In this document: positions 8,381 through 17,911 of the stretch, piece after piece
How positions within the stretch are numbered: the stretch's first letter is position 1
Layout: every line of letters starts with the position of its first letter
NCBI GenBank assembly: GCA_026400415.1
Contig: JAPLPA010000089.1
Coordinates: 1 to 33,183 of the forward strand
Direction: 5' to 3'
Source: Afipia sp.
GTDB lineage: Bacteria > Pseudomonadota > Alphaproteobacteria > Rhizobiales > Xanthobacteraceae
Length of the DNA stretch: 33,183 bases
Translations under genes and position numbers: made by a program
Notes under the pieces: generated by a model
Seen by the model: the letters and a program-made list of their open reading frames with translations, nothing else
What the model was told of the DNA's origin: nothing
Database searches by the model: none

Positions 8381-8872
8381 ATGCTCAGCAGAATTTTATT
8401 GCTCGTTGGTATCGCGGCCCTTGGTTTCGATACTTTAGACGCCAATGCGGCCTCTGGCGACACGATCATCAAGGTCAGCTATCAGACAAAAACATATCGA
8501 ACGCGTCCGCATCCAGGACCGGGAGGCGCGCTCAACAGTTTCGAGTTCGTCCTTCATCGCAATGGCACGGTGAACGAAAAATACAGTATGGAGGGTGCGA
8601 ACCCTCTTTCGAAAGAAAGTAACCGCGAATTAGGTCGGTCTTCGCGAGTATCGCTTCGCGTCGTGAGCGATATCGAAATCGAACGCATTGTCGATGACGA
8701 GACCAGCACGCATCGCATTCGCATCACGTTGACTGGGAAATCCTGTGTTGCGGAAGTTTCAGGCGAACTCAAGCCCGGCCAAACTGAATATCGGGGATGG
8801 ACCAGCAAATACGGTCAGGAAGCTTTTTTCAGCCGAGTGGAATACCACGACATCAGGTGTTCGATTCAGTAG
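8381..8872 (+). CDS. Secreted hypothetical protein with two Cys; resembles the C-terminal domain of the caspase-like protein at 26190-27758
   Basis: Signal peptide [23 protein letters not shown]; beta-rich pattern; manual alignment to the protease C-terminal domain. 3' end overlaps queG by 20 bp. Confidence 0.75.
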   Translation: MLSRILLLVGIAALGFDTLDANAASGDTIIKVSYQTKTYRTRPHPGPGGALNSFEFVLHRNGTVNEKYSMEGANPLSKESNRELGRSSRVSLRVVSDIEIERIVDDETSTHRIRITLTGKSCVAEVSGELKPGQTEYRGWTSKYGQEAFFSRVEYHDIRCSIQ

Positions 8873-9977
8873 GAAACGCATCGGCGAATTCGGCGCGGAC
8901 GCTTTCATCAATTTCAGTCGACAATTGTTTGTTCGCCATAAGGACAAAATCCTCACGCGGCAATAGCCGCGACAGAGTCCATACCGCAGCACCACGCACC
9001 AGCGCGTTCGCATCATCGAGCAGCGCGCTCGCATTCGGCGCAAGCGCCGCATCCCCCGAGTTCCCAATCGCGATCAAGACATTTCGGACGAAGCGATCAC
9101 GGCCGATACGCTTGACCGGCGATTTCGTAAACATCGCGCGAAACGCTGCGTCATCCAGCTTCGACAATTCATCCAGCGTCGGCGCGCGCAGCGCATCGCG
9201 CGCTGCGAGCTTCGCTTCGTGCCCTTGTTGCGCAAATTTATTCCACGGACACACACTGAGACAATCGTCGCAGCCGTAAATGCGATTCCCCATCGCTTCG
9301 CGAAATTCGCGCGGAATCGGGCCTTTGTGTTCGATGGTCAGATATGAAATGCATTTGCGCGCGTCCAGCCTATATGGCGATGGAAACGCATCGGTCGGAC
9401 ACACATCGAGACACGCTTGGCACGAACCGCAATGATCGATCTCGCTTTCGTCGCGCGGCAAATCGATCGTCGAAAAAATCGCACCCAAAAATAGCCACGA
9501 GCCGAATTCACGCGACACGAGATTTGTGTGTTTGCCCTGCCAGCCAAGACCGGCACGTTCTGCCAAAGGCTTTTCCATGACGGCGGCGGTATCGACGAAC
9601 ACCTTTACGTCGCCGCCCGCATTCGCGACCAGCCAGCGCGCAAGTTCTTTCAGGCGCTTTTTGATGAGGCCGTGATAATCGTCGCCGCGCGCATACACCG
9701 AAATGCCGCCGCGTGATTTATGTTCGAGAATTGTGAGCGGGTCTTCATCGGGGCCGTAGTTGAAGCCCAGCATGATGATGGAGCGAACGTCACCCCATAA
9801 CCGTAGCGGATCGGCGCGGCGCTGCGGATCGTTGGCGAGCCAATCCATGTCGCCATGCTGGCCGTCGTCGAGAAATGTTTTGAGACGTTGATGCGCGTCG
9901 ATTGTTGCGTCGGGCGCCGTGATGCCGAGCGTCGAGAAGCCGAGCAGCTTCGCGTGCTTAACGAGCGCGGCTTTCAC
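8853..9977 (-). CDS. queG: tRNA epoxyqueuosine(34) reductase
   Basis: [63 protein letters not shown]. Start uncertain (GTG 9977, or CTG 9992 overlapping the fzlA stop). Confidence 0.96.
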   Translation of the reverse strand: MKAALVKHAKLLGFSTLGITAPDATIDAHQRLKTFLDDGQHGDMDWLANDPQRRADPLRLWGDVRSIIMLGFNYGPDEDPLTILEHKSRGGISVYARGDDYHGLIKKRLKELARWLVANAGGDVKVFVDTAAVMEKPLAERAGLGWQGKHTNLVSREFGSWLFLGAIFSTIDLPRDESEIDHCGSCQACLDVCPTDAFPSPYRLDARKCISYLTIEHKGPIPREFREAMGNRIYGCDDCLSVCPWNKFAQQGHEAKLAARDALRAPTLDELSKLDDAAFRAMFTKSPVKRIGRDRFVRNVLIAIGNSGDAALAPNASALLDDANALVRGAAVWTLSRLLPREDFVLMANKQLSTEIDESVRAEFADAFPTESNT

Positions 9978-9988
9978 ATCGACGGGAG

Positions 9989-10681
9989 TCAGAAGTCCAG
10001 ATCCGCGTAATGCGCCGCCGCCGGCACGCCCGCCAGCCATTCGTTCAGCAATGGGCGGAACGACGGGCGGGATTTGATCCGCGCGTACCATGCCTTTGCT
10101 GCGTCGTCCTCGCTCCACGGCACGTCACCCAGATAGTCGATCGCCGATAGATGCGCGGCTGCGGCGAGGTCTGCGAATGTCAGCCGGTCTCCGGCGAGAA
10201 AATTACGCGTCCGCGCCAGCCAGCCCACATAGGCCAGATGATAGCGCACATTGGCGCGCGCTGCGCGAAGGATGTCGGTCGATGGCGCGCCGCCGCCTTG
10301 TTCGATGGTCATGAAACGGCGGTAGATGCGCTCATTCACGATCGGTCCCGAGGCCTCGGTGAAAAACTTGTCGTTGAACCACGCCATCAGACGCCGCACT
10401 TCGATGCGCTCATTGGCATTGAGCGGCAGCAGACGCTGATCGCCCAGTGCCACGCCTGCGGTCTCGTCGAGATATTCGGCGGCAATTCCCGGCCCCGGAA
10501 TCGGTTGCGCACCCTCGGTGACTAGAAGCGGCGTTTCGCCCGCAGGATTGAGTGCCAGATACGCCTCGCGGCGCTCCCACACCTTCTCATCCACAAGCCG
10601 CGAATCCAGCCCGTGCTCGCCAAGGGCGAGGCGGACGAAGCGTGAGCGTGGACAGAACTGATGATGAAACAGCGTGAACAT
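9989..10681 (-). CDS. fzlA: Glutathione S-transferase family protein, FtsZ-binding FzlA type
   Basis: [50 protein letters not shown], acidic-aromatic tail YADLDF; lies between queG and uppP. Confidence 0.85.
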   Translation of the reverse strand: MFTLFHHQFCPRSRFVRLALGEHGLDSRLVDEKVWERREAYLALNPAGETPLLVTEGAQPIPGPGIAAEYLDETAGVALGDQRLLPLNANERIEVRRLMAWFNDKFFTEASGPIVNERIYRRFMTIEQGGGAPSTDILRAARANVRYHLAYVGWLARTRNFLAGDRLTFADLAAAAHLSAIDYLGDVPWSEDDAAKAWYARIKSRPSFRPLLNEWLAGVPAAAHYADLDF

Positions 10682-10879
10682 GCGTTCTTGTTAGTCCGCC
10701 TAAGTTTAACAAAGCGTCTCGAAACCGTTAACGCGCCCGTACGCTAGCGCAAAACACCGCGTACATAATGGCAGCTTGTGGATAGCCGGGATGCGTGCTT
10801 TTGCCGTTGCGGGGCTCCGGCGAATGCGCGACAACGGCGCGGTTTTACGCATCCCAATTCAGCCAGCGGCGGGCGCTCC

Positions 10880-11686
10880 ATGCTGTACGATATTTTGAAG
10901 GCGGTTTTCCTCGGCGTGGTCGAGGGCGTCACCGAATTTCTGCCAGTCTCGTCCACTGGCCACCTGTTGCTCGCCGAGCGCATCTTCAATCTGGACGAAG
11001 ACAATTTCTGGAAAACATTCGCGGTGCTGATTCAGCTTGGCGCGATCCTCGCCATTCTGGTGATCTACTTCCAGCGGCTGTGGCATGTGGCGACCCACAT
11101 GTTCACCGATCCGGCGGCGCGGCGATTCGTGATCGGCGTGCTGGTGGCGTTTATCCCCGCCGTGATTCTCGGACTGCTGTTCGGCTCCTTCATCAAGGCG
11201 GTGCTGTTCAATCCTTGGGTGGTGTGCTTCTCGCTGATCGCGGGCGGCGCGGTGTTGTTGTGGGTCGATCAGCAAGATTTCAACCCGACGCATCACAATG
11301 CGATGACATTCCCGCTGCCGATGTATTTAGGAATAGGCATTGCGCAATGCGCGGCGATGATTCCGGGCGTGTCACGTTCCGGTGCGTCGATTGTCGCCGC
11401 GATGCTGTTCGGTGCTGATAAACGCGCGGCGGCGGAGTTCTCGTTCTTCCTTGCGATCCCCACAATGGTGGGCGCGTTCGCGTATGATTTTTATAAGAAT
11501 CGCGGTGCGATGACGATGGACAACTCGATCGTGATTGCGGTCGGCTTTGCGGTGTCGTTCATCACTGCGATTATCGTGGTGAAGACGTTTCTGGATTTCG
11601 TCACGAAAAACGGATTTGCGTTCTTCGCATGGTGGCGCGTGATCGTCGGCACGCTTGGCCTTGTCGCGCTGGCGCTCGGAAAATAA
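10880..11686 (+). CDS. uppP: Undecaprenyl-diphosphate phosphatase
   Basis: GVVEGVTEFLPVSSTGHL, IQLGAILA, PGVSRSG, AAEFSFFLAIP. Confidence 0.97.
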   Translation: MLYDILKAVFLGVVEGVTEFLPVSSTGHLLLAERIFNLDEDNFWKTFAVLIQLGAILAILVIYFQRLWHVATHMFTDPAARRFVIGVLVAFIPAVILGLLFGSFIKAVLFNPWVVCFSLIAGGAVLLWVDQQDFNPTHHNAMTFPLPMYLGIGIAQCAAMIPGVSRSGASIVAAMLFGADKRAAAEFSFFLAIPTMVGAFAYDFYKNRGAMTMDNSIVIAVGFAVSFITAIIVVKTFLDFVTKNGFAFFAWWRVIVGTLGLVALALGK

Positions 11687-11714
11687 AACCGGAAATAATT
11701 ACGCGCCGGTTTTT
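11685..11714. terminator. Possible bidirectional terminator
   Basis: aaaaccgg...ccggtttt inverted repeat (large loop) between convergent genes. Confidence 0.4.
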
Positions 11715-12679
11715 CAAATCCCCTTATGCGCGAACTGTCCGGTCTTTCGGAAGCGCCACAGATATGACGGCGCAACGGCTTCGAGCGAGTCCGGTGTAAT
11801 TCCGAGACCTTCCAGCGTCAGGTTTGCGAATTTCGCCTTGTCCGACACCACATTGTCGGCGCGCAGCAACTCCACCTGATCCGGCGTCAGTTTGAAATCA
11901 CCCGGCGCGAATTGCAAAAGCATCGCCTGAAGATTTGCCACACCAAAAGGCAGCGGCAGCAGCAGGCGATGGCGCTCCGTGACATCGAGGATCACTTGCA
12001 TGATCTCCCGCATGGTCATGACTTCGGGTCCGCCCAACTCATACGTCGCGCCGGCCGTTGCCTTGCCGTCGACCGAATCCGCCACAGCGGTTGCGACATC
12101 GCCGACGAACACCGGCTGCATTTTCGTGTCGCCGCCGATCAGCGGCAGCGCGGGCGACATGCGGGCCAATGCGGCGAAGCGATTGGTGAACTGATCCTCG
12201 GGGCCAAACACGACCGACGGCCGCATCACGATGGCATTATGGTCTACGGCGCGTACAGCCTTTTCGCCTGCCGCTTTCGAGCGCGCGTAACGCGACTTTG
12301 AATCCGCATCGGCTCCAATTGCCGACACATGCACGATGCGTGCGCCGATCTCGGCAGCTGCCTTCGCGACGGTTTCGGCGCCCTTGTTCTGGACGGCGTC
12401 GAAAGTCTGCGCTCCGCTGGAGCTAAGGATGCCGCAAAGATTGACGACAACGCTGGCGCCGCGCGCCGCGGCCCTGACCGAATCCGGATAACGCAGATTC
12501 GACTGCACTGCGTGAATCTGGCCGACTTTTCCGAGCGGCTGCAAATGCCCCGCCAGTTCCGGCCGGCGCACGCCCACTCTGATCCGGTAATCGCGCTTGG
12601 CCAGCGCGCGGACGACATGCCGCCCCAGAAAACCCGAACCGCCGAACACTGTGACGAGGGTATCGATGGGTGCTGGCAT
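11714..12679 (-). CDS. Complex I NDUFA9-like NAD(P)-binding SDR protein
   Basis: VTVFGGSGFLGRHVV, HVSAIGA, YARSKAAGE, RPSVVFGPEDQF, QPVFVGDVA. Confidence 0.93.
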   Translation of the reverse strand: MPAPIDTLVTVFGGSGFLGRHVVRALAKRDYRIRVGVRRPELAGHLQPLGKVGQIHAVQSNLRYPDSVRAAARGASVVVNLCGILSSSGAQTFDAVQNKGAETVAKAAAEIGARIVHVSAIGADADSKSRYARSKAAGEKAVRAVDHNAIVMRPSVVFGPEDQFTNRFAALARMSPALPLIGGDTKMQPVFVGDVATAVADSVDGKATAGATYELGGPEVMTMREIMQVILDVTERHRLLLPLPFGVANLQAMLLQFAPGDFKLTPDQVELLRADNVVSDKAKFANLTLEGLGITPDSLEAVAPSYLWRFRKTGQFAHKGI

Positions 12680-12852
12680 GGGACGGTCCTGAATTTGCGA
12701 TTTTAGGAATGACGGCGTGGGCTGCCGCGCGATTTCCGCGATAGCGTATCATTTCGGCGCTGAACAGGCCAATCCGCCGACACGAAGCGTTTTCGAGCGA
12801 AGTGGGGCCCGGCTCGTGTGAAGCAAACGCGTCAAAAGGAATTAGAGCCAAT

Positions 12853-12881
12853 TTGACAAGCGCCCGCGCGGCCAATACTAA
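12853..12881 (+). promoter_or_regulatory. sigma70 promoter of tRNA-Leu
   Basis: TTGACA (12853-58), N17, TACTAA (12876-81), ending 9 nt before the tRNA. Confidence 0.7.
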
Positions 12882-12890
12882 CCCGGCCAT

Positions 12891-12977
<87 letters not shown>

Positions 12978-13083
12978 TTGTTTCGCTGGCAGTTGTTCGC
13001 TCCTGTCACGGGAGACTGAAAGCAGAACTAAAGATTGATCGGCTGTCCCAGCGCTCTTGTCGCCAAACTGTTGAAAGAACAGC

Positions 13084-14073
13084 ATGACGAATGAGACCAA
13101 GAAGTCGGGCAGCGGCGAACTCATTCAGACATTTCAGGATCGTGCGCGCCGTCTGCAGACCGCGGGCTTTTACTATCTGGTATTCGCCTGTCTGTTGCTG
13201 TTCTCGGGCATTCCGGCGGTTGTCTATGCGCCGAATATTACGGCCGGAGACATCAACACAAGACCCTCCCTTTCGGATCGGCTGGCTGCTTCGCGAAAAT
13301 TGGAGCAGGCGGCTCAGAACGAGTTTGAAGACGCCGGCAAGAGCCTCGATGCTGTTCAGTCGGAATGTAATCAGCGTCTCAGAGAATTTTTCAAAGATGT
13401 AAACGCGACCGACAGTCCCATCGGTTCGGTATCGGAGCGGGTGATTACGATCGCCGTTCCGATCGATCAAAGCGATCTCAAGAAAGAAGTCGCGTCGTTT
13501 TTCGCAAAGCAAGGCGGAAACCCGCCGGCCGTGATGGGCATTCTGGTGAAGCCGTGCAATCAAGCGTTGATTACGGTGCGGCGCGATCAGTATCAAAACC
13601 TTACGGACCTGCTCTCAAACGGCAAGCTTCAGTTCGATCCGAAAACGTTTAGGGAGATTCAGGCCAGACGAGGAACGCTCGGCGACACCATCGCCGTGCA
13701 GCGCGAAGCGCAGAAAAAGATGTATGAGCAGGAGGCGCGAGAGGCCGCAGGCGCCATCAGCGGCGCTTCGGAGGCAGGCGGCAAAGACGATCTGCTGGCG
13801 CGTCTCGTGCAGACCAGTGTCACGCGCTTCGGCTTGCTGGCTGTCATCGGCTTCTTCGTGAGTATTCTGGTCTCGCTCTATCGTTACAACATTCGGCTCG
13901 CGGCATTTTATCTCGCGCGTTCTGACGCGCTGCGGCTATCGACTCGCGCCATACATTCGGATTTCGTCACATTGTCTGCGGCACTGTCTCCCAATCTTGA
14001 GTTTGGAAAATCGCCGATGCCGCCAATCCTGCAACTTGTCGATCTGTTCAAGGCATCTAAGGAAGCCAAGTAA
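13084..14073 (+). CDS. Hypothetical membrane protein (N-terminal TM, large soluble loop with coiled coils, C-terminal TM)
   Basis: 329-aa ORF; hydrophobic FYYLVFACLLLFSGIPAVVY and FGLLAVIGFFVSILVSLY; no family recognised. Confidence 0.8.
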   Translation: MTNETKKSGSGELIQTFQDRARRLQTAGFYYLVFACLLLFSGIPAVVYAPNITAGDINTRPSLSDRLAASRKLEQAAQNEFEDAGKSLDAVQSECNQRLREFFKDVNATDSPIGSVSERVITIAVPIDQSDLKKEVASFFAKQGGNPPAVMGILVKPCNQALITVRRDQYQNLTDLLSNGKLQFDPKTFREIQARRGTLGDTIAVQREAQKKMYEQEAREAAGAISGASEAGGKDDLLARLVQTSVTRFGLLAVIGFFVSILVSLYRYNIRLAAFYLARSDALRLSTRAIHSDFVTLSAALSPNLEFGKSPMPPILQLVDLFKASKEAK

Positions 14074-14194
14074 ATCTCGCGTTCAATTGTTGGCGCTCCA
14101 GGAACATTCTGCAGTAAAAGGGTATTCAGCCGCTCGTTTGCTGCGCCCTCGCGCGGTATTCTGACTGCGACACCGATTCGACGAGGCTCCACCC

Positions 14195-14809
14195 ATGACC
14201 ATCCGCCTGCATCGCGGCGACCTGCCGGACCTGTCTCGCTACACAAACTCTGTGGCGATCGACACCGAGACGCTCGGCCTCAATCCGCATCGCGACAGGT
14301 TGTGCGTTGTGCAGCTCTCGAACGGCGACGGCACGGCAGATGTCGTACAGATTCCGGCCGGACATAAAGACGCGCCGAATTTGAAAAAATTACTCGGCGA
14401 CAAGAACGTCACCAAGATTTTTCACTTCGCGCGGTTCGATCTCGCTGTGCTGTCCAACGCGTTCGGCGTGATGCCGTCACCGGTCTATTGCACCAAGATC
14501 GTTTCGAAGTTAGTCCGCACCTACACGGACCGTCACGGGTTGAAGGATCTGGTGCGCGAAGTTCTGAACATTGATCTGTCCAAGCAGCAGCAATCGAGCG
14601 ACTGGGGCGCGGCGACGCTCACCGATGCGCAACTTGCCTACGCGGCATCCGACGTGCTGCACCTTCATGCGTTGCGCGAAAAGCTGGACGCAATGCTGGC
14701 GCGTGAGGGACGCGAGGCAATTGCAAAAGCGTGTTTCGAGTTTTTGCCGACGCGCGCCAAGCTCGATCTCGGCGGATGGGAAAACGACGATATTTTCGCT
14801 CATTCATAG
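14195..14809 (+). CDS. rnd: Ribonuclease D-like 3'-5' exonuclease (DEDDy, no HRDC)
   Basis: AIDTETLGL, KIFHFARFD, SKQQQSSDW, YAASDV. Confidence 0.92.
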   Translation: MTIRLHRGDLPDLSRYTNSVAIDTETLGLNPHRDRLCVVQLSNGDGTADVVQIPAGHKDAPNLKKLLGDKNVTKIFHFARFDLAVLSNAFGVMPSPVYCTKIVSKLVRTYTDRHGLKDLVREVLNIDLSKQQQSSDWGAATLTDAQLAYAASDVLHLHALREKLDAMLAREGREAIAKACFEFLPTRAKLDLGGWENDDIFAHS

Positions 14810-14995
14810 TTTTGCCATTCGATCTTAATCTCGCCATTGGATTCCAAGCGGGTCAGTTTTCCGTCACTTTTCCGCCTTTTGAGCCGTATCTGGTGAGGCA
14901 TCCGGCAAATACCTGAGATGGCTGGATAAATCGCGGGCTGCAAACACGCCGCGAAAGCTTTAAGTTCACCGCCTGCCCGCCGTTCGGAGCGAACT

Positions 14996-15733
14996 TTGTC
15001 CTCTTTTCAGAGCGCCAGTTATCAAGCCAATGCCGATGCGCGGTTTGCGAAAGCAAAGCGTCATAGTGGCCGGGTGCGGCTGATGCGCAAGGCGGTGCCG
15101 GCTGCAGTTGTCGCGGCATTGGCGACGATCGTCATCGCGTCGGTGTTCAATCCGTTTCGTATTCTGTCCAAACTGCCGGTGGACATTGCGGGTCTTGCGA
15201 TACAGGGCACAAAGATCACGATGGAATCGCCGCATCTCTCGGGCTTCACGTCCGATCAGCGGCCCTATGAATTATGGGCGAAGACCGCGACGCAGGATGT
15301 GACCAATCCGAACAATGTCGAATTGCATGAGTTGCGCGCGAAAGTGCAAATGGAGGACAAGACCGGCGTGACGATGGATGCGCGCAATGGCTTGTTCGAT
15401 TCCAAGGCGCAATTGCTCGATTTGAAAGACGACATTTTTCTGCAGTCGACCACCGGATATGAGGCGCGACTCACGCAGGCGTTCGTCGACCTCGGTGCGG
15501 GCAATGTGTCGTCCGACGAACCTGTCGCTGTGAAATTGTTGAACGGCACGCTCGATGCGAAGCGATTACGAATTACGGAAGGCGGCGCGCTGGTGCGGTT
15601 CGAGGGCGACGTGAAGATGATCCTGATTCCTGACGGCGCAACTAACGCCGATGGGACAGGCGTTTCTGCAGCGCCGCCGAAGGATCAGGCGGCCGATAGG
15701 GCCGTGCCCGCGCAGGATGCCGTCTCAAGATGA
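14996..15733 (+). CDS. lptC: LPS export ABC transporter periplasmic protein LptC
   Basis: RHSGRVRLMR plus single TM, then beta-jellyroll-like region (ITMESPHLSG...FEGDVKM); upstream of lptA; TTG start after GGAG. Confidence 0.88.
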   Translation: MSSFQSASYQANADARFAKAKRHSGRVRLMRKAVPAAVVAALATIVIASVFNPFRILSKLPVDIAGLAIQGTKITMESPHLSGFTSDQRPYELWAKTATQDVTNPNNVELHELRAKVQMEDKTGVTMDARNGLFDSKAQLLDLKDDIFLQSTTGYEARLTQAFVDLGAGNVSSDEPVAVKLLNGTLDAKRLRITEGGALVRFEGDVKMILIPDGATNADGTGVSAAPPKDQAADRAVPAQDAVSR

Positions 15734-16485
15734 GCCAGGATTTGGAATTTTTCGGATCGCTTGTGTCCGGCGCGCGCCGCATGGTGCGCACGGCGGTACT
15801 GACGGCTGGGGTTGCTGGCGTCGCAGCTGCGCTGTTCGGCTCGGCAGAAAGTCACGCGCAAACCTCGACGGCGACCGGCGTTCCAAACGCGATGCAGGGT
15901 TTCTCGCAAAATCGCGACAAGCCGATCCAGATCGATGCGGCCTCGCTTGAGATGCGCGACAAGGACAAGGCCGCGACCTTCAGCGGAAGCGTCAAGGTGG
16001 TGCAGGGCGACACCACGATGCGCTGCAAGATTCTCGTCGTGTTCTACGACAACAACGATGCGGCCAGCGGCAAGCCCGCGATCAAGTCGGCGACGCCCGG
16101 TCCGGGTGGCAGTTCGTCGATCCGCAGGTTAGAGGCCAAGGGCGGCGTCATCGTCACGCAGAAAGAGCAGACCGTGACCGGCGATCGGGGAATCTTCGAC
16201 ATGCGCGCCAATACGGTGACGATGGAAGGCAATGTTCTTCTGACCAAGGAGAAGAACGTGCTGCGCGGCGACCGGCTGATCGTCGATATGACGACAGGTG
16301 TGTCGCGGGTCGAATCAAACAATAACCGGGTCCAGGGCGTCTTTCAGTCGACACCCGGTTCGCCATCGCCATTGGGTGGAAGTTCAAGCACCACCACGCC
16401 GGCACCCGCGGCAAAGGAGCCTGCTTCTCCGGGAAAACCCTTGAAACTTAACGAGTTTTCGACTCAGCGCCCGCATCAAGGTTGA
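15730..16485 (+). CDS. lptA: LPS transport periplasmic protein LptA (OstA family)
   Basis: PIQIDAASLE, ATFSGSVKVVQGD, LEAKGGV, NVLRGDRLIVD. Confidence 0.92.
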   Translation: MSQDLEFFGSLVSGARRMVRTAVLTAGVAGVAAALFGSAESHAQTSTATGVPNAMQGFSQNRDKPIQIDAASLEMRDKDKAATFSGSVKVVQGDTTMRCKILVVFYDNNDAASGKPAIKSATPGPGGSSSIRRLEAKGGVIVTQKEQTVTGDRGIFDMRANTVTMEGNVLLTKEKNVLRGDRLIVDMTTGVSRVESNNNRVQGVFQSTPGSPSPLGGSSSTTTPAPAAKEPASPGKPLKLNEFSTQRPHQG

Positions 16486-16681
16486 ACCTTTTGAGCGCAG
16501 GCTGTATCACCCGGCGCGAAAATAGCGGGGATGCAATCGTGCAATCCGGCATCGGTGCAGAGTGTATCGCTGGGCAACATGCGCGGCCTCATCCATGCTG
16601 ATCTCTATGGCGATTTGGCGAATCGCCGCCGCTGAAAACGCGTCACTGCGATACGCTGTTTGAAAGTCGAACGAATTCCGC

Positions 16682-17794
16682 ATGGTTGATTTTCTGCGCA
16701 TCTTTCGTCGTCGCGGCCCGGTGCGTGGACGGCAGGGGTTTGCGCGGTCGCGCCAGGACATCACGTCGCTCGGCGACAGGATGACAGATATTTTCAAAAC
16801 GGTGGCAGGCGAGAAGCCTCTTATCTCGCGAGATTCCTCGCGCGAGACTTTCGGAGTTAAGCGCGATGCGGCGATTGCGACCATTCCGCGCGAACCGCCG
16901 TCGACCGCGCCTCTCGCGCCTCGTCAGCCGTCACCGTTCGCTCTCGATGCGCCCCCGATCCCCCGCGATTTGCCGAAGACGTCGGCAAAAGATTCCAAAG
17001 AGCGATCGCGCAGCGACAAGCAGCGCGCTCGCGACGGAGCAAACGGCGCGGCACCGTTGAAATCCCAGCGCGCGGGATACCTCGCCATCCATGGCGTTGA
17101 GAAGAGTTTTGGCTCACGCAAGATCGTGCGCGGCGTGAGCATTTACGTCAGGCGCGGCGAAGCCGTGGGCATTCTTGGACCGAACGGTGCCGGCAAAACC
17201 ACTGTGTTTTACATGATTACCGGGCTCATCAAACCCGACCGTGGCCGCGTCGAACTCGACGGCCATGACGTGACACAGTTGCCGATGTATCAGCGCGCGC
17301 GTCTTGGGATCGGCTATCTGCCGCAGGAAGCTTCGATCTTTCGCGGGCTGTCAGTCGAGAACAACATCCGCGCGGTGCTGGAAGTCGTCGAACCCAACGC
17401 ACGCAAGCGCGAGAAGGAACTGGATTCGCTGCTCGAGGAATTCAACATCGCGCGCCTGCGAAAGTCTCCAGCGATCGCGCTGTCGGGCGGTGAGCGCCGG
17501 CGCGTGGAAATCGCCCGCGCGCTTGCGTCACGTCCAAGCTACATGCTGCTCGACGAGCCGTTCGCCGGCATCGATCCGATTGCGGTCGGCGATATTCAGG
17601 AGTTGGTTCGCCATCTCACAAGTCGTGGCATCGGCGTGCTGATTACGGATCACAATGTGCGAGAAACGCTGGGCCTCACCGATCGTGCCTATATCGTTTA
17701 TGCTGGCGAAGTTCTGACCGAAGGCCGCCCGGACGAGATCGTTAACGATCCCGACGTTCGCCGCCTTTATCTTGGCGAGGAATTCCGACTCTAA
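16682..17794 (+). CDS. lptB: LPS export ABC transporter ATP-binding protein LptB with ~130-aa N-terminal extension
   Basis: GPNGAGKTT, YLPQEASIFR, LSGGERRRVEIAR, LDEPFAGIDP, ITDHNVRETL, VRRLYLGEEF. Confidence 0.96.
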   Translation: MVDFLRIFRRRGPVRGRQGFARSRQDITSLGDRMTDIFKTVAGEKPLISRDSSRETFGVKRDAAIATIPREPPSTAPLAPRQPSPFALDAPPIPRDLPKTSAKDSKERSRSDKQRARDGANGAAPLKSQRAGYLAIHGVEKSFGSRKIVRGVSIYVRRGEAVGILGPNGAGKTTVFYMITGLIKPDRGRVELDGHDVTQLPMYQRARLGIGYLPQEASIFRGLSVENNIRAVLEVVEPNARKREKELDSLLEEFNIARLRKSPAIALSGGERRRVEIARALASRPSYMLLDEPFAGIDPIAVGDIQELVRHLTSRGIGVLITDHNVRETLGLTDRAYIVYAGEVLTEGRPDEIVNDPDVRRLYLGEEFRL

Positions 17795-17859
17795 GGCCGC
17801 GCGCCGTACTCCTTTTTTAGAGAACGTCAAGGCGTGTACAAGGATCGTGAAAAGGACTA

Positions 17860-17876
17860 AGCAAGAAACGGACCAA
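17860..17876 (-). promoter_or_regulatory. Oppositely oriented sigma54 (-24/-12) site upstream of rpoN
   Basis: Minus strand TTGGTCCGTTTCTTGCT = GG-N10-GC with TTGCT. Confidence 0.65.
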
Positions 17877-17911
17877 CTTTGGTCGTATCTTCGCTGTCAG
17901 GCCTTATTTTT

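Noticed and set aside
10695-10735. TTAAC half-sites upstream of fzlA as a CtrA box
   Set aside because: No TTAA-N7-TTAA spacing on either strand; half-sites alone are insufficient.
14101-14126. GGAAC-N19-TT as an EcfG/RpoE2 promoter upstream of rnd
   Set aside because: The -10 element (GTATT) is a poor match to CGTT, and the motif is too short to support.
12978-14194. Integrated element at tRNA-Leu
   Set aside because: No integrase and no repeat of the tRNA 3' end found; reported only as an orphan gene.
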